NCBI GenBank assembly: GCA_963826785.1
Contig: CAWGYD010000006.1
Coordinates: 1 to 64,000, forward strand
Length of the DNA: 64,000 nt
Direction of reading: 5' to 3'
From: an uncultured delta proteobacterium
Lineage (GTDB): Bacteria > Desulfobacterota > Desulfobacteria > Desulfobacterales > Desulfosalsimonadaceae
Part shown: in pieces, positions 20,576 to 29,498 of the stretch
Numbering within the stretch: the stretch's first letter is position 1
Layout: the number at the start of each line of letters is the position of its first letter
Made by a program: the position numbers and the translations under genes
Notes under the pieces: model-generated
What the model saw: the letters and a program-made list of their open reading frames with translations, nothing else
What the model was told of the DNA's origin: nothing
Database searches by the model: none

Positions 20576-21738
20576 ATGGCATACGACTTTAAAACCGAAA
20601 ACACCTGCCAGGAGTACTTTACCAAGGCCCATGACATGGTTCGCAAATCCGTGCGGGATTTTATCAAAAAGGAAGTGCTTCCCTTCATCGATGACTGGGA
20701 GGAGGCCGGCGAATTTCCAAAAGAGTTGTATAAAAAGGCCGCGGACGTGGGAATCCTGGGGATGGGGTTTCCCGAGGAATACGGCGGCACACCCGGCGAC
20801 GTCTTCTTCAAGATCGCCGTCAGCGAGGAGCTGATGCGCTCGGGCTCCGGGGGATTTTGCGCGGGGCTGGGGTCGCTCAACATCGCCATCCCGCCGATTC
20901 TCGCCCTGGGAACCGAAGATCAGAAGCAGAAATTCGTCGTTCCCGTTCTGGCCGGTGACAAAATCGCGGCCCTGGGCATCACCGAGCCCGGCGGCGGGTC
21001 CGACGTGGCCAGCCTGACGACCACGGCGGTAAAGGACGGCGACGATTACATCGTCAACGGCTCAAAGACGTTCATCACCAGCGCCTGCCGGGCCGATTTC
21101 GTCACCTGCGCCGTGCGCACCGGCCCCGAGGGGCCCACGGCGTCAGCCTGCTGGTCATCGAAACCGACACCCCGGGCTTTTCCGTGGCCAACAAGCTCAA
21201 AAAAACCGGCTGGTGGGCAAGTGACACCGGGGAGATCTTCTTCGACAACTGTCGGGTGCCGGCACAAAACCTCATCGGCAAAGAAAACGAGGGATTCTAC
21301 GGCATCATGATCAACTTCCAGGCCGAGCGGCTGGCGCTGGCCATCATGGCCAACATGACCGCCCGCATGGCCCTGGAGGAATCGATGAAGTACGCCAAGG
21401 AACGGATGGCCTTCGGCAAGAAGCTGACCGGGTTCCAGGTGACCCGGCACAAGCTGGCCGACATGGCCACCCTGGTGGAGGCCAGCACCGAATTCACCTA
21501 CCGGGTGGCCGCCAAAATCGGTGCCGGGGTGGACCAGATCAAGGAGGTCTCCATGGCCAAGAACTTCGCCTGCAGCGTCTCCGACAAGGTCACCTATGAT
21601 GCGGTCCAGATCTTCGGCGGGTACGGCTACATGCGGGGCTACCTGGTGGAGCGGCTCTACCGGGACAACCGGATACTGTCCATCGGCGGCGGCACCACCG
21701 AGATCATGAAGGAGATCATCACGCGCTTCATTCTATAA
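20576..21738 (+). CDS. Acyl-CoA dehydrogenase (IVD/LCAD-type catalytic Glu), frameshift in G-run near 21132
   Basis: ITEPGGGSD, VNGSKTFITS, FQAERL and IGGGTTEIMK; one extra G restores GAHGVSLLVIE. Confidence 0.9.
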
Positions 21739-21756
21739 TTTTTCTGAGGGGAGAAA

Positions 21757-23574
21757 ATGGAAAAGACCATTAACGAGGTATTCGCCAGTCGGGCCGCCAA
21801 GTACAGGGACCGGCTGGCTATCGAGAAAAAGCGCAGCGGCGCGTGGGAAAAAGCCAGTTGGAACCACTACTACGAATCGGCGAGGGCCGCCGGCCTTGGG
21901 CTGTACAGTCTGGGGCTGCGCAAGGGGGACATGGCGGCGATTCTGTCCGAAAACCGGCTGGACTGGCTCTATGCCGATATGGGCACGCTGGGCATCGGCG
22001 GCGTGGTGATCCCCGTATACACCACACTGGTGGCCGAAGAGGTTAAATACCTCATCCAGAATTCCGGTAGCAAAGTGCTGTTTGTGGAAAACCGGCTGCA
22101 GCTGGAAAAGGCCCTGGAATTTGCCGATGAGGCAGAAACCCTGGAGAAGATCGTGGTGTTTGAGGCATCCGATGCGGCCGACCATCCCAAGGTCATAAGT
22201 TTCGATGAACTCTGCGCATTGGGCCGAAAAGCCCATGAAGAAAGCCCGGATCTGTTCACTCAACTGGCCGCCTCCGTTTCCCCTGAGGATCTGGCCACCA
22301 TCGTCTACACCTCCGGGACCACCGGGGTGCCCAAGGGCGCCATGATCACCCACAAGAACATCATGGCAGTCATTCACTCCCTGGACAGCATCCAGCCGAA
22401 ATTTGCCTTTGAAACCGACCAGACCGTCCCCTTCCTGCCGCTGAGCCACGTGTTCGAGCGGATCGCCGGCCATTTTTACGGCATGTACGTGGGGCTCACC
22501 GCCTCCTATGCGGAAAGCATCGACACCTTTGCCAGTGATGTAAAGGAAAGGCGGCCCACCGTGGTCCTGGCCGTCCCCCGGGTCTGCGAAAAGGTCTACC
22601 AGCGCATCCTGGGCCAGGTCCAGGAGCAGCCGGCGTGGAAGCAGAAGATGTTTGCCTGGGGATACAATATCGGCTTAAAAATCAGTGAACTGCGCGAGCA
22701 GAAAAAGCCGGTGCCGCTGCTGCTGGATCTTCAGTACAAGCTTGCCTATAATTTAATTTTCAAGAAACTGGCCGACGCTTTGGGGGGCCGGGTCCGCTGG
22801 ATGACCGCCTCGGGCGCGCCCACCTCGCGCGACATCGTCCTGTTCTTCAATGCATCGGGTATCACCGTGATCGAGGGATACGGCATGACCGAGACCTGCG
22901 CCCCGGCCACCATGAGCAGCCTTGACGACTACAAGATCGGCACCGTGGGCAAGCCCATCCCAAACGTTTCCGTCAAGATCGCCGAAGACGGCGAGATCCT
23001 CATCAAGGGGGACAACGTCTTTGCCGGGTACTGGAACATGGCGCGCGAAACCAAAGACGCATTCACCGATGACGGCTGGCTCATGAGCGGGGATATCGGC
23101 AGGTTCGATGAAGACGGCTTCCTGATGATCACCGACCGGAAAAAAGATTTGATCATCACCTCTGGCGGCAAAAACGTCGCCCCCCAGAAGATCGAGGGGA
23201 TATTCAAGTTCGACCCGCTTTTCGCCCATTTCATCGTGGTGGGCGAGCGTCAGAAATTTCTTTCCGCCCTGATCAACATCAACCTGGAGCAGGCCGAACA
23301 CCTGGCCCAGCAGAACAACATCGCCTACACCCGGCCGGAAGAACTGCTGGACAACCCGGCCTTCTTGAAAATCGTAGATGAACACGTGGCCGAGAAGAAC
23401 AAGCAGCTGGCCCGGTACGAGACCATCAAAAAATACCGCATCCTGAAAAACGAATTCTCCCAGGAAGGCGGGGAACTGACCCCCTCCTTGAAAATGAAGC
23501 GAAACGTGATCTATAAAAAGTATGCGGACCAGATTGAAAAGATGTATGGGGAGCCGGCGCAGCCTGCAAACTGA
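21757..23574 (+). CDS. Long-chain fatty acid-CoA ligase
   Basis: YTSGTTGVPKG, FLPLSHVFER, EGYGMTET, DRKKDLIITSGGKNVAP and ELTPSLKMKR. Confidence 0.93.
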   Translation: MEKTINEVFASRAAKYRDRLAIEKKRSGAWEKASWNHYYESARAAGLGLYSLGLRKGDMAAILSENRLDWLYADMGTLGIGGVVIPVYTTLVAEEVKYLIQNSGSKVLFVENRLQLEKALEFADEAETLEKIVVFEASDAADHPKVISFDELCALGRKAHEESPDLFTQLAASVSPEDLATIVYTSGTTGVPKGAMITHKNIMAVIHSLDSIQPKFAFETDQTVPFLPLSHVFERIAGHFYGMYVGLTASYAESIDTFASDVKERRPTVVLAVPRVCEKVYQRILGQVQEQPAWKQKMFAWGYNIGLKISELREQKKPVPLLLDLQYKLAYNLIFKKLADALGGRVRWMTASGAPTSRDIVLFFNASGITVIEGYGMTETCAPATMSSLDDYKIGTVGKPIPNVSVKIAEDGEILIKGDNVFAGYWNMARETKDAFTDDGWLMSGDIGRFDEDGFLMITDRKKDLIITSGGKNVAPQKIEGIFKFDPLFAHFIVVGERQKFLSALININLEQAEHLAQQNNIAYTRPEELLDNPAFLKIVDEHVAEKNKQLARYETIKKYRILKNEFSQEGGELTPSLKMKRNVIYKKYADQIEKMYGEPAQPAN

Positions 23575-23630
23575 AAAAATGGAAAATTGGAGTTTAGAAA
23601 AGCACAAGACTGACGGGAAGGGGAATGCTT

Positions 23631-24773
23631 ATGAGTAGAGTCGCTGTCTGCGCGGTGGCGCAGATCAAGAACGAGCCCGATATCTGGTACCAGCGGTTCC
23701 AGGGAATGCTCATGGACTGCTTCGAGTCCATCATGGGTCAGACCGGGGTCACCTTCGACATGGAAAAGGGGATCCGCAACGTGGTCACCTGCTCCGACGA
23801 CGTGTTCGACGCCCGCACCATTTCAGACAACGCCATCACCGACGTGGTGGGGGCGCACTTCCGGGGCGAGGAAAAGGCCGCCCAGGACGGCGTCAACGCC
23901 CTGGGGTATGCCATGGCCTCCATCCTGTCCGGCCATGACGACCTGGTCCTGGTGATGGGGCACTGCAAGGAATCCCAGACCGAGAGCCGGCTCATGAACA
24001 CCAACCTGGCCTTCGACCCCTTCTACTGCCGCCCCCTGGGGCTGGATTATCTCAATGCCGCCGCCCTGCAGGCCCGGGCCTACATGAAAAAGTCGAACAT
24101 TTCCGACGCACACCTGGCCCGGATCGTGGCCCGCTCAAGATTGAACGGCGCCAAAAACCCCTATGCCCGGAAAAACGACCCAGTGCAGGAAACCGACGTG
24201 ATGAATTCGCCTTTCATCTCCGACCCCATCCGGGAGCTGCACGCCTACCCGGTCACCGACTGGGCGGTGGGCATGCTTTTGTGCTGCGAGGAGCGGGCCC
24301 GTGAATTCACGGACAAGCCGGTGTGGCTCACGGGATTCGGCAGCTGCATGGACAGCTATTTTCTAGGGGACCGGGATCTGACCTCCAATTTCGCCCTGAA
24401 AAAAGCCGCCCGGCGCGCCTATGACATGGCCGGCATCTCCGATCCCAAAACCGCCTTTGATCTGGCGGAATTAAACGACGCCTACGCCTACCAGCTCCCC
24501 ATGTGGGCAGAAGGGGCCGGGCTTGCAGACGAGGGCGACGGCGGCCAGTGGATCGACAGCAACGGCATGGACAATGCCAAAGTCAACCTTTCCGGCGGGA
24601 TGCTCAACGGCAACCCCATCATGCTGGGGGGGCTCGCCCGGGCCCTGGAGTGCGTCCTGCAGCTCAAAGGCGAAGCCGGAGACCGGCAGGTGGACGGCGC
24701 CAAACGGGCCCTGGCCCACGGCACCACCGGCCCGGCCGGCCAGCATCACGCGGTCATCGTTCTTGAAAAGTAG
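23631..24773 (+). CDS. Thiolase-fold protein, Ltp4-like, module 2
   Basis: Clear paralogue of 13713..14870 (QRFQGM, SDDVFDARTISDNA, MDSYFLGDRDL). Confidence 0.8.
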   Translation: MSRVAVCAVAQIKNEPDIWYQRFQGMLMDCFESIMGQTGVTFDMEKGIRNVVTCSDDVFDARTISDNAITDVVGAHFRGEEKAAQDGVNALGYAMASILSGHDDLVLVMGHCKESQTESRLMNTNLAFDPFYCRPLGLDYLNAAALQARAYMKKSNISDAHLARIVARSRLNGAKNPYARKNDPVQETDVMNSPFISDPIRELHAYPVTDWAVGMLLCCEERAREFTDKPVWLTGFGSCMDSYFLGDRDLTSNFALKKAARRAYDMAGISDPKTAFDLAELNDAYAYQLPMWAEGAGLADEGDGGQWIDSNGMDNAKVNLSGGMLNGNPIMLGGLARALECVLQLKGEAGDRQVDGAKRALAHGTTGPAGQHHAVIVLEK

Positions 24774-24822
24774 AAGCATGATATGGGTTTACTTTTTGAA
24801 TGGCCTGATACTTCGCTGCTGA

Positions 24823-24931
24823 TAATGGAATGATGGAATATTGGAAAAGACATTGTTTATGCTCCCCAGCTATCTATTCTCAAACGATTTTCAGGGGGAA
24901 CCCATTATTCCACCATTCCATCATTCCATTA
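24823..24931. repeat. Inverted element built from octamer repeats
   Basis: TAATGGAATGATGGAAT ... ATTCCATCATTCCATTA arms. Confidence 0.75.
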
Positions 24932-24980
24932 CTCTGACTTAATGAAAGGTTATACCTAACTAAAGATAAGGGGCAGGAGA

Positions 24981-26183
24981 ATGGCATACAAACAAAAAAA
25001 CAGACACGTGGGCATCGTGGGGATCGGCGAGACCAAGTTTTCCAGCCACCGGGAGGACGTGAACCAGCCGGAGATGATCCACGAGGCGGTCCGCCAGGCT
25101 TTGGATGACGCGAAACTGAAAATCGACGACATCGACTGCGTGGTGCACGGGAACATGGAACTGTTCGAAATGGTCCACCAGCCGGACCTGTGGCACACCC
25201 TGGGAACCGGCGCATTCGGCCGCGATTCCTTTCGCCTGACCACCGGCGGCACCACCGGCGGCACCCTGGTGTGCGCGGCGGACAACCTGGTGGCATCGGG
25301 CATGTACGACACGGTCATGGCCATCGGATTCGAAAAGCTCCAGGAGGGGCACACCACCGGCGGCATCACCAACATGGCAGACCCCCTGTGGGCCCGCAAG
25401 CTCCAGTCCGGGGCGCTCACCGACCAGGCGGCCCGCAAGCTCATCGCCGAATTCGGGGAGGACCGGGCCCGGCGTGCGGCCATGACCTACCGCATCATCA
25501 TGGACAAGCACGCCTGCAAGAACCCCAACTCCCACCGGGCCTTCGGCCTGGACTGGGACCAGATGGACGACCTGATGACCACCTCGCCGCCGCTCATCGG
25601 CGACCTGCGGCTGATTCACATGTGCTCCCAGAGCGACGGGGCCTGCGTCATCATCTTCGCCGCCGAGAAGAAGGCCAAAGAGATCACCGACTCGCCGGTC
25701 TGGATCCGGGACCACATCACCATCCACCGGGAAGAGACCCTGAACCTGTGCAACAATTACTACCCCACCGACACTACCCATAAGTTCGCCGCTGAACAGC
25801 TCTATGCCCGAAACGGCATCGATAATCCCATAGCGTACTTCGATGTGTTTGAGATGTACGACCCATCGGCATGGTGGGGGGTGGACTGGCTGCGCGACTT
25901 TTTCCTGCTGGAAGGCGACGAGCACCTCAAGCTGGTGGAAGACCACGAGATCATGATGGACGGAAAAATGCCCATCAACCCGTCGGGCGGGGTAATCGCG
26001 GCCAATCCCATCGGCGCCACCGCCATGGTCCGGGTGGCCGAGGCCGCCAAGCAGATCCGGGGAAACGCCGGCCCGCACCAGATCCCAAAGCCGGTCAACC
26101 ATGCCCTGGCTTCCTCGTTTGGCGGCACCATGTGGACCGTGCTGACCATACTTGAAAAAGAACTCAACTGGCAGGGGGTGTGA
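24981..26183 (+). CDS. Thiolase-fold protein, Ltp3-like retro-aldolase candidate, module 2
   Basis: Paralogue of 14882..16078; TTGGTTG, EMYDPSAWW and NPIGATAMVR. Confidence 0.82.
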   Translation: MAYKQKNRHVGIVGIGETKFSSHREDVNQPEMIHEAVRQALDDAKLKIDDIDCVVHGNMELFEMVHQPDLWHTLGTGAFGRDSFRLTTGGTTGGTLVCAADNLVASGMYDTVMAIGFEKLQEGHTTGGITNMADPLWARKLQSGALTDQAARKLIAEFGEDRARRAAMTYRIIMDKHACKNPNSHRAFGLDWDQMDDLMTTSPPLIGDLRLIHMCSQSDGACVIIFAAEKKAKEITDSPVWIRDHITIHREETLNLCNNYYPTDTTHKFAAEQLYARNGIDNPIAYFDVFEMYDPSAWWGVDWLRDFFLLEGDEHLKLVEDHEIMMDGKMPINPSGGVIAANPIGATAMVRVAEAAKQIRGNAGPHQIPKPVNHALASSFGGTMWTVLTILEKELNWQGV

Positions 26184-26185
26184 AC

Positions 26186-27035
26186 ATGAGTGCGTATTTC
26201 GGCGTAAACGTTGAAGATATTTTTAATTCCATGAAGGAGCGGTTCCGGCCGGACGGGGCGGCGGGGGTGGAAAACACCTTCGGCTACGATATCAAGGGCG
26301 AAGGCAAATGGAAGCTTGACCGTCAAGGACGGGCAGATGGCTCTTGAAAAGACAGACGACCTGTCCGGGTGCGATGTGACCCTGATCACCGACGGAGAAA
26401 CCTACGTGGGGATGAATCTCGGCAAGATCGACGGGATGCAGGCCCTGACTGCGGGCAAGCTCAAGGTGGAGGGCGACATCAACACCTTTGCCCAGACCAG
26501 CCGCATCTTCCAGAAATACGTGGCCCCGGGGGAGGATTCCGAACCCCAGCAGGAACTGCTGGTGCTGAAAAAAACCATCTCCGTGGACCAGGTTTTTGCC
26601 ACCGGCCCGGTGTTCGGCAAATTTTTAAAAGGGCTCAAAGACAAGAAAATCCTGGCCATCAAGTGCCCTTCCTGCGGCCGGCTCCAGTCGCCGCCCCGGG
26701 AGGCCTGCGCCGTCTGCCGGGTGCGAAACACCGACTGGGTGGAGATCGGCCCCAAAGGGGAGATGCGGATGATGGAATACTGCTTCTATGCCAGCCCGGA
26801 CCCGCTCACCGGGGAAACCCGGGAAACCCCCTATGGCGCCATCGGCGTCCTGCTCGACGGATGCAAAGATGAAGAGGTGTTCTGGCACCTGATGCGGCCC
26901 GATCAGCTGGATCAGGCCAAAATGGGGATCGTGCTGGGGGACAAAGTGGTGCACGGCAGCCGCCTGCGGCCGGTGTGGAACGAAAACCGGACCGGCAGCA
27001 TCAACGACATCAAATATTTCGAACTCGACGAATAA
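26186..27035 (+). CDS. Fusion of SCP2 + DUF35, frameshift near 26315
   Basis: MSAYFGVNVEDIFNSM...GKWK joins LTVKDG...GKIDGMQALTAGKLKVEGD; CPSC...CAVC Zn ribbon. Confidence 0.85.
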
Positions 27036-27046
27036 GGAGGCCGCCC

Positions 27047-27511
27047 ATGAAAGACCAATTTGACACATCCGACTGCTACACGGTCAAGGGCAAGCTCGCC
27101 CTCCCCTACACCTATTTCGCCGGCCGGGTGGGGAGCACGTTTCTCACCACCATCCGGGACCAGCACAAGATCATGGGGGTGAAATGCAACACCTGCGGCA
27201 AGGTCTTCGTCCCGCCCCGGCAAACCTGCGAAAAATGTATGGAGGACATCCGGGACAACTGGGTGGAGGTGGGCAACACCGGCATCCTGGAAAATTTCAC
27301 CGTGGTGCGCTACGCGGACAAGCACCTGCCGAGAAAGCCCCCCTTCGTGCTTGGCCTGATCAAACTCGACGGTGCGGACACCCCGCTCACCCACATCGTT
27401 TCCGGCGTCGACGTCAACGAGGTGGTGGAAGGCATCAAGGTAAAGGCGATTTTTTCCAGCAAGCCGGAGAATACGATTCTGGGGATTTATCAATTCGAAC
27501 CGGTGGAATAG
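27047..27511 (+). CDS. Stand-alone DUF35 (Zn-ribbon/OB) protein
   Basis: CNTC...CEKC and IKLDGADT; RBS AAGGAGG before ATG 27047. Confidence 0.9.
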   Translation: MKDQFDTSDCYTVKGKLALPYTYFAGRVGSTFLTTIRDQHKIMGVKCNTCGKVFVPPRQTCEKCMEDIRDNWVEVGNTGILENFTVVRYADKHLPRKPPFVLGLIKLDGADTPLTHIVSGVDVNEVVEGIKVKAIFSSKPENTILGIYQFEPVE

Positions 27512-27518
27512 ATGACAT

Positions 27519-27643
27519 AGAAGCCAGGAGCCAGAATCCAGAAGTCAGAAGCGTCAGATGTCGCTTCGCTCCGCATTTTTTAAAATGATTGAGCCGGAGG
27601 CGAAACCGCTATTCTGAATTCTGGATTCTGGCTCCTGAATTCT
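27519..27643. repeat. Inverted element built from heptamer repeats
   Basis: AGAAGCCAGGAGCCAGAATCCAGAAGTCAGAA ... TTCTGAATTCTGGATTCTGGCTCCTGAATTCT. Confidence 0.75.
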
Positions 27644-27688
27644 TTATCAGCATACATACATATCCAGCCCATAAAAGGACACGAAATC

Positions 27689-28492
27689 ATGGCCCTGATC
27701 TACGAAAAGAAAAACCACATAGCCTACATCACCTTAAACCGCCCCGAGGCCCAGAACGCCTTCGACCCGGAGACGGTTGTGGACATTTTAGACGCCTGGA
27801 CCGACTACCGGAATGACGATTCCCTCCGGTGCGCCATCCTCACCGGATCAGGGGATGAAGTCTTTTCCTCGGGGGCGGATTTAAAGCGCCTCATCCCCCT
27901 GATGACCGGGGCCCGGCAGCCGGAAACCGAGGCGGACCACAAGATCCAGAAAGACCCCTACATGACTCAGAAAGCCTTTCTGCGCAATTTCAAACTCTAC
28001 AAGCCGGTGATCGCGGCCATCAACGGCCACGCCATCGCCGGCGGGTTTGAGATCCTCTACGGCACGGACATCCGCATCGCCGCAGAAGGCGCCCGGTTCG
28101 GGCTCCAGGAGGTCAAGTGGTCCATCGTCCCGCTGATGGGATCAACGGTGAAACTCCCGCGGCAGATCCCCTATGCCATTGCCATGGAGCTCATGCTCAC
28201 CGGCGAGCTAATCGACGCCGAGGAAGCGCTCCGGATCGGTTTCATCAACAAGATCGTCCCCAAAGGCCAGGTCATGGCCGAAGCCGAGCGGTTTGCCGGC
28301 ATCATCGTGAAAAACGGCCCCCTGGCCTTAAAAGCGGTCAAACAGTCGGCCTTGGAAGGCATCGGCATCCCGCTCAAAGACGGCCTGGCAAAAGAACTCG
28401 AAATCGGCATCCCGGTTTTTCTGAGCGAAGACGCCAAGGAAGGCCCCCGGGCCTTCAAGGAGAAGCGGGAGCCCAAGTTTCAGGGAAAATAG
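27689..28492 (+). CDS. Enoyl-CoA hydratase (crotonase family)
   Basis: FSSGADLK, INGHAIAGGFE and LQEVKW (both catalytic Glu). Confidence 0.92.
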   Translation: MALIYEKKNHIAYITLNRPEAQNAFDPETVVDILDAWTDYRNDDSLRCAILTGSGDEVFSSGADLKRLIPLMTGARQPETEADHKIQKDPYMTQKAFLRNFKLYKPVIAAINGHAIAGGFEILYGTDIRIAAEGARFGLQEVKWSIVPLMGSTVKLPRQIPYAIAMELMLTGELIDAEEALRIGFINKIVPKGQVMAEAERFAGIIVKNGPLALKAVKQSALEGIGIPLKDGLAKELEIGIPVFLSEDAKEGPRAFKEKREPKFQGK

Positions 28493-28582
28493 AAGATGTT
28501 GTATTCTGTCAGAGGAAGTGCGTAAAAAGCTACGAACTTGGCTTCACCGCGTTTTTACAGAAAGAAACTGTCCAGAACAGGG

Positions 28583-28658
28583 CGTCATGCCGGACTCGAT
28601 CCGGCATCCAGAGCTGCAGGACACGCTTTTCTGGGTGCCCGCCTTCGCTGGCAAGACG
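28583..28658. repeat. GTCAT-type REP-like inverted doublet
   Basis: CGTCATGCCGGACTCGATCCGGCATCCAGA ... TCTGGGTGCCCGCCTTCGCTGGCAAGACG; half copy at 50191-50223. Confidence 0.7.
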
Positions 28659-28950
28659 GTCGAAGCTTTGAAATAAATTCCTCCGAAGCATTTTACCCTC
28701 TTGCGTGGTACTTTCACGCATTGTCAGTGAAGCGACAGCGCAACGGTTGTCAATCGTAATCGAATTGATACAACGATTACGATTGCAGCAACCACAACTG
28801 GTAAGAAGCAAAAGTGGGCAACGCCCCATGTGAATCGCCGATATCTGTTTGTAAACTGAATATAAAAGCATTATAAAGAAATCTGAACTTATATCATTCG
28901 CCTTCTCTTCGCTTTTGAAAAATTCAATAAACCACCTGAATGGAGGATGT

Positions 28951-29019
28951 ATGCCAGAGCAATCCTTCGATCACGACCACATCGTCATCGGCCCGGGATC
29001 CGGGGGGAGCGGGAAATAA
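28951..29019 (+). pseudogene. Possible 5' remnant of an FAD-dependent oxidoreductase
   Basis: RBS GGAGG followed by MPEQSFDHDHIVIGPGSGGSGK*, resembling a Rossmann D-x-I-V-I-GxGxGG start. Confidence 0.4.
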
Positions 29020-29020
29020 G

Positions 29021-29320
29021 ATGGAAACCAGTAACCTGAAAAAAATCGAAAATGCCCTGCGAAACAGACGAGCCGAAATGGCTCGAGATTACGGGGTTTC
29101 AGAAATTGGAATTTTCGGATCACATGTCAGGGGAGAATCTTCCGCCGACAGCGATATTGATATCCTTGTCGAGTTCGATAGACCGATCGGGTTTTTTAAA
29201 TTTCTGGAGTTCGAGGAGCGCCTGAGTAAATGGCTGGGCACAAAGGTGGACCTGGTCACAAAAAACGCGCTCAAACCGCATATAGGTCAAAATATCTTGA
29301 ATGAAGTAAGGAAGATATGA
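29021..29320 (+). CDS. MNT (minimal nucleotidyltransferase) antitoxin
   Basis: GIFGSHVRGESSADSDIDILVEF (GSX10DXD). Confidence 0.9.
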   Translation: METSNLKKIENALRNRRAEMARDYGVSEIGIFGSHVRGESSADSDIDILVEFDRPIGFFKFLEFEERLSKWLGTKVDLVTKNALKPHIGQNILNEVRKI

Positions 29321-29409
29321 AAAGAGACTATCGGGATTACCTGAAGGATATTCTGACCGCTATCGATGAATCGGCCGAATTCACGAAGTTTTTTGGTTCG
29401 TGGATTTGA
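29317..29409 (+). pseudogene. Truncated HepT/DUF86 toxin
   Basis: ATGA overlap with MNT; MKRDYRDYLKDILTAIDESAEFT then a stop after 30 aa. Confidence 0.75.
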
Positions 29410-29498
29410 GCATTGTAGGATGGTCTCAGGGAAGAATTGATTGCGTGAAGCTACAAATGGAAGGCAGGATGTAAATCATCTCAAAGAAAGGATAGGGA

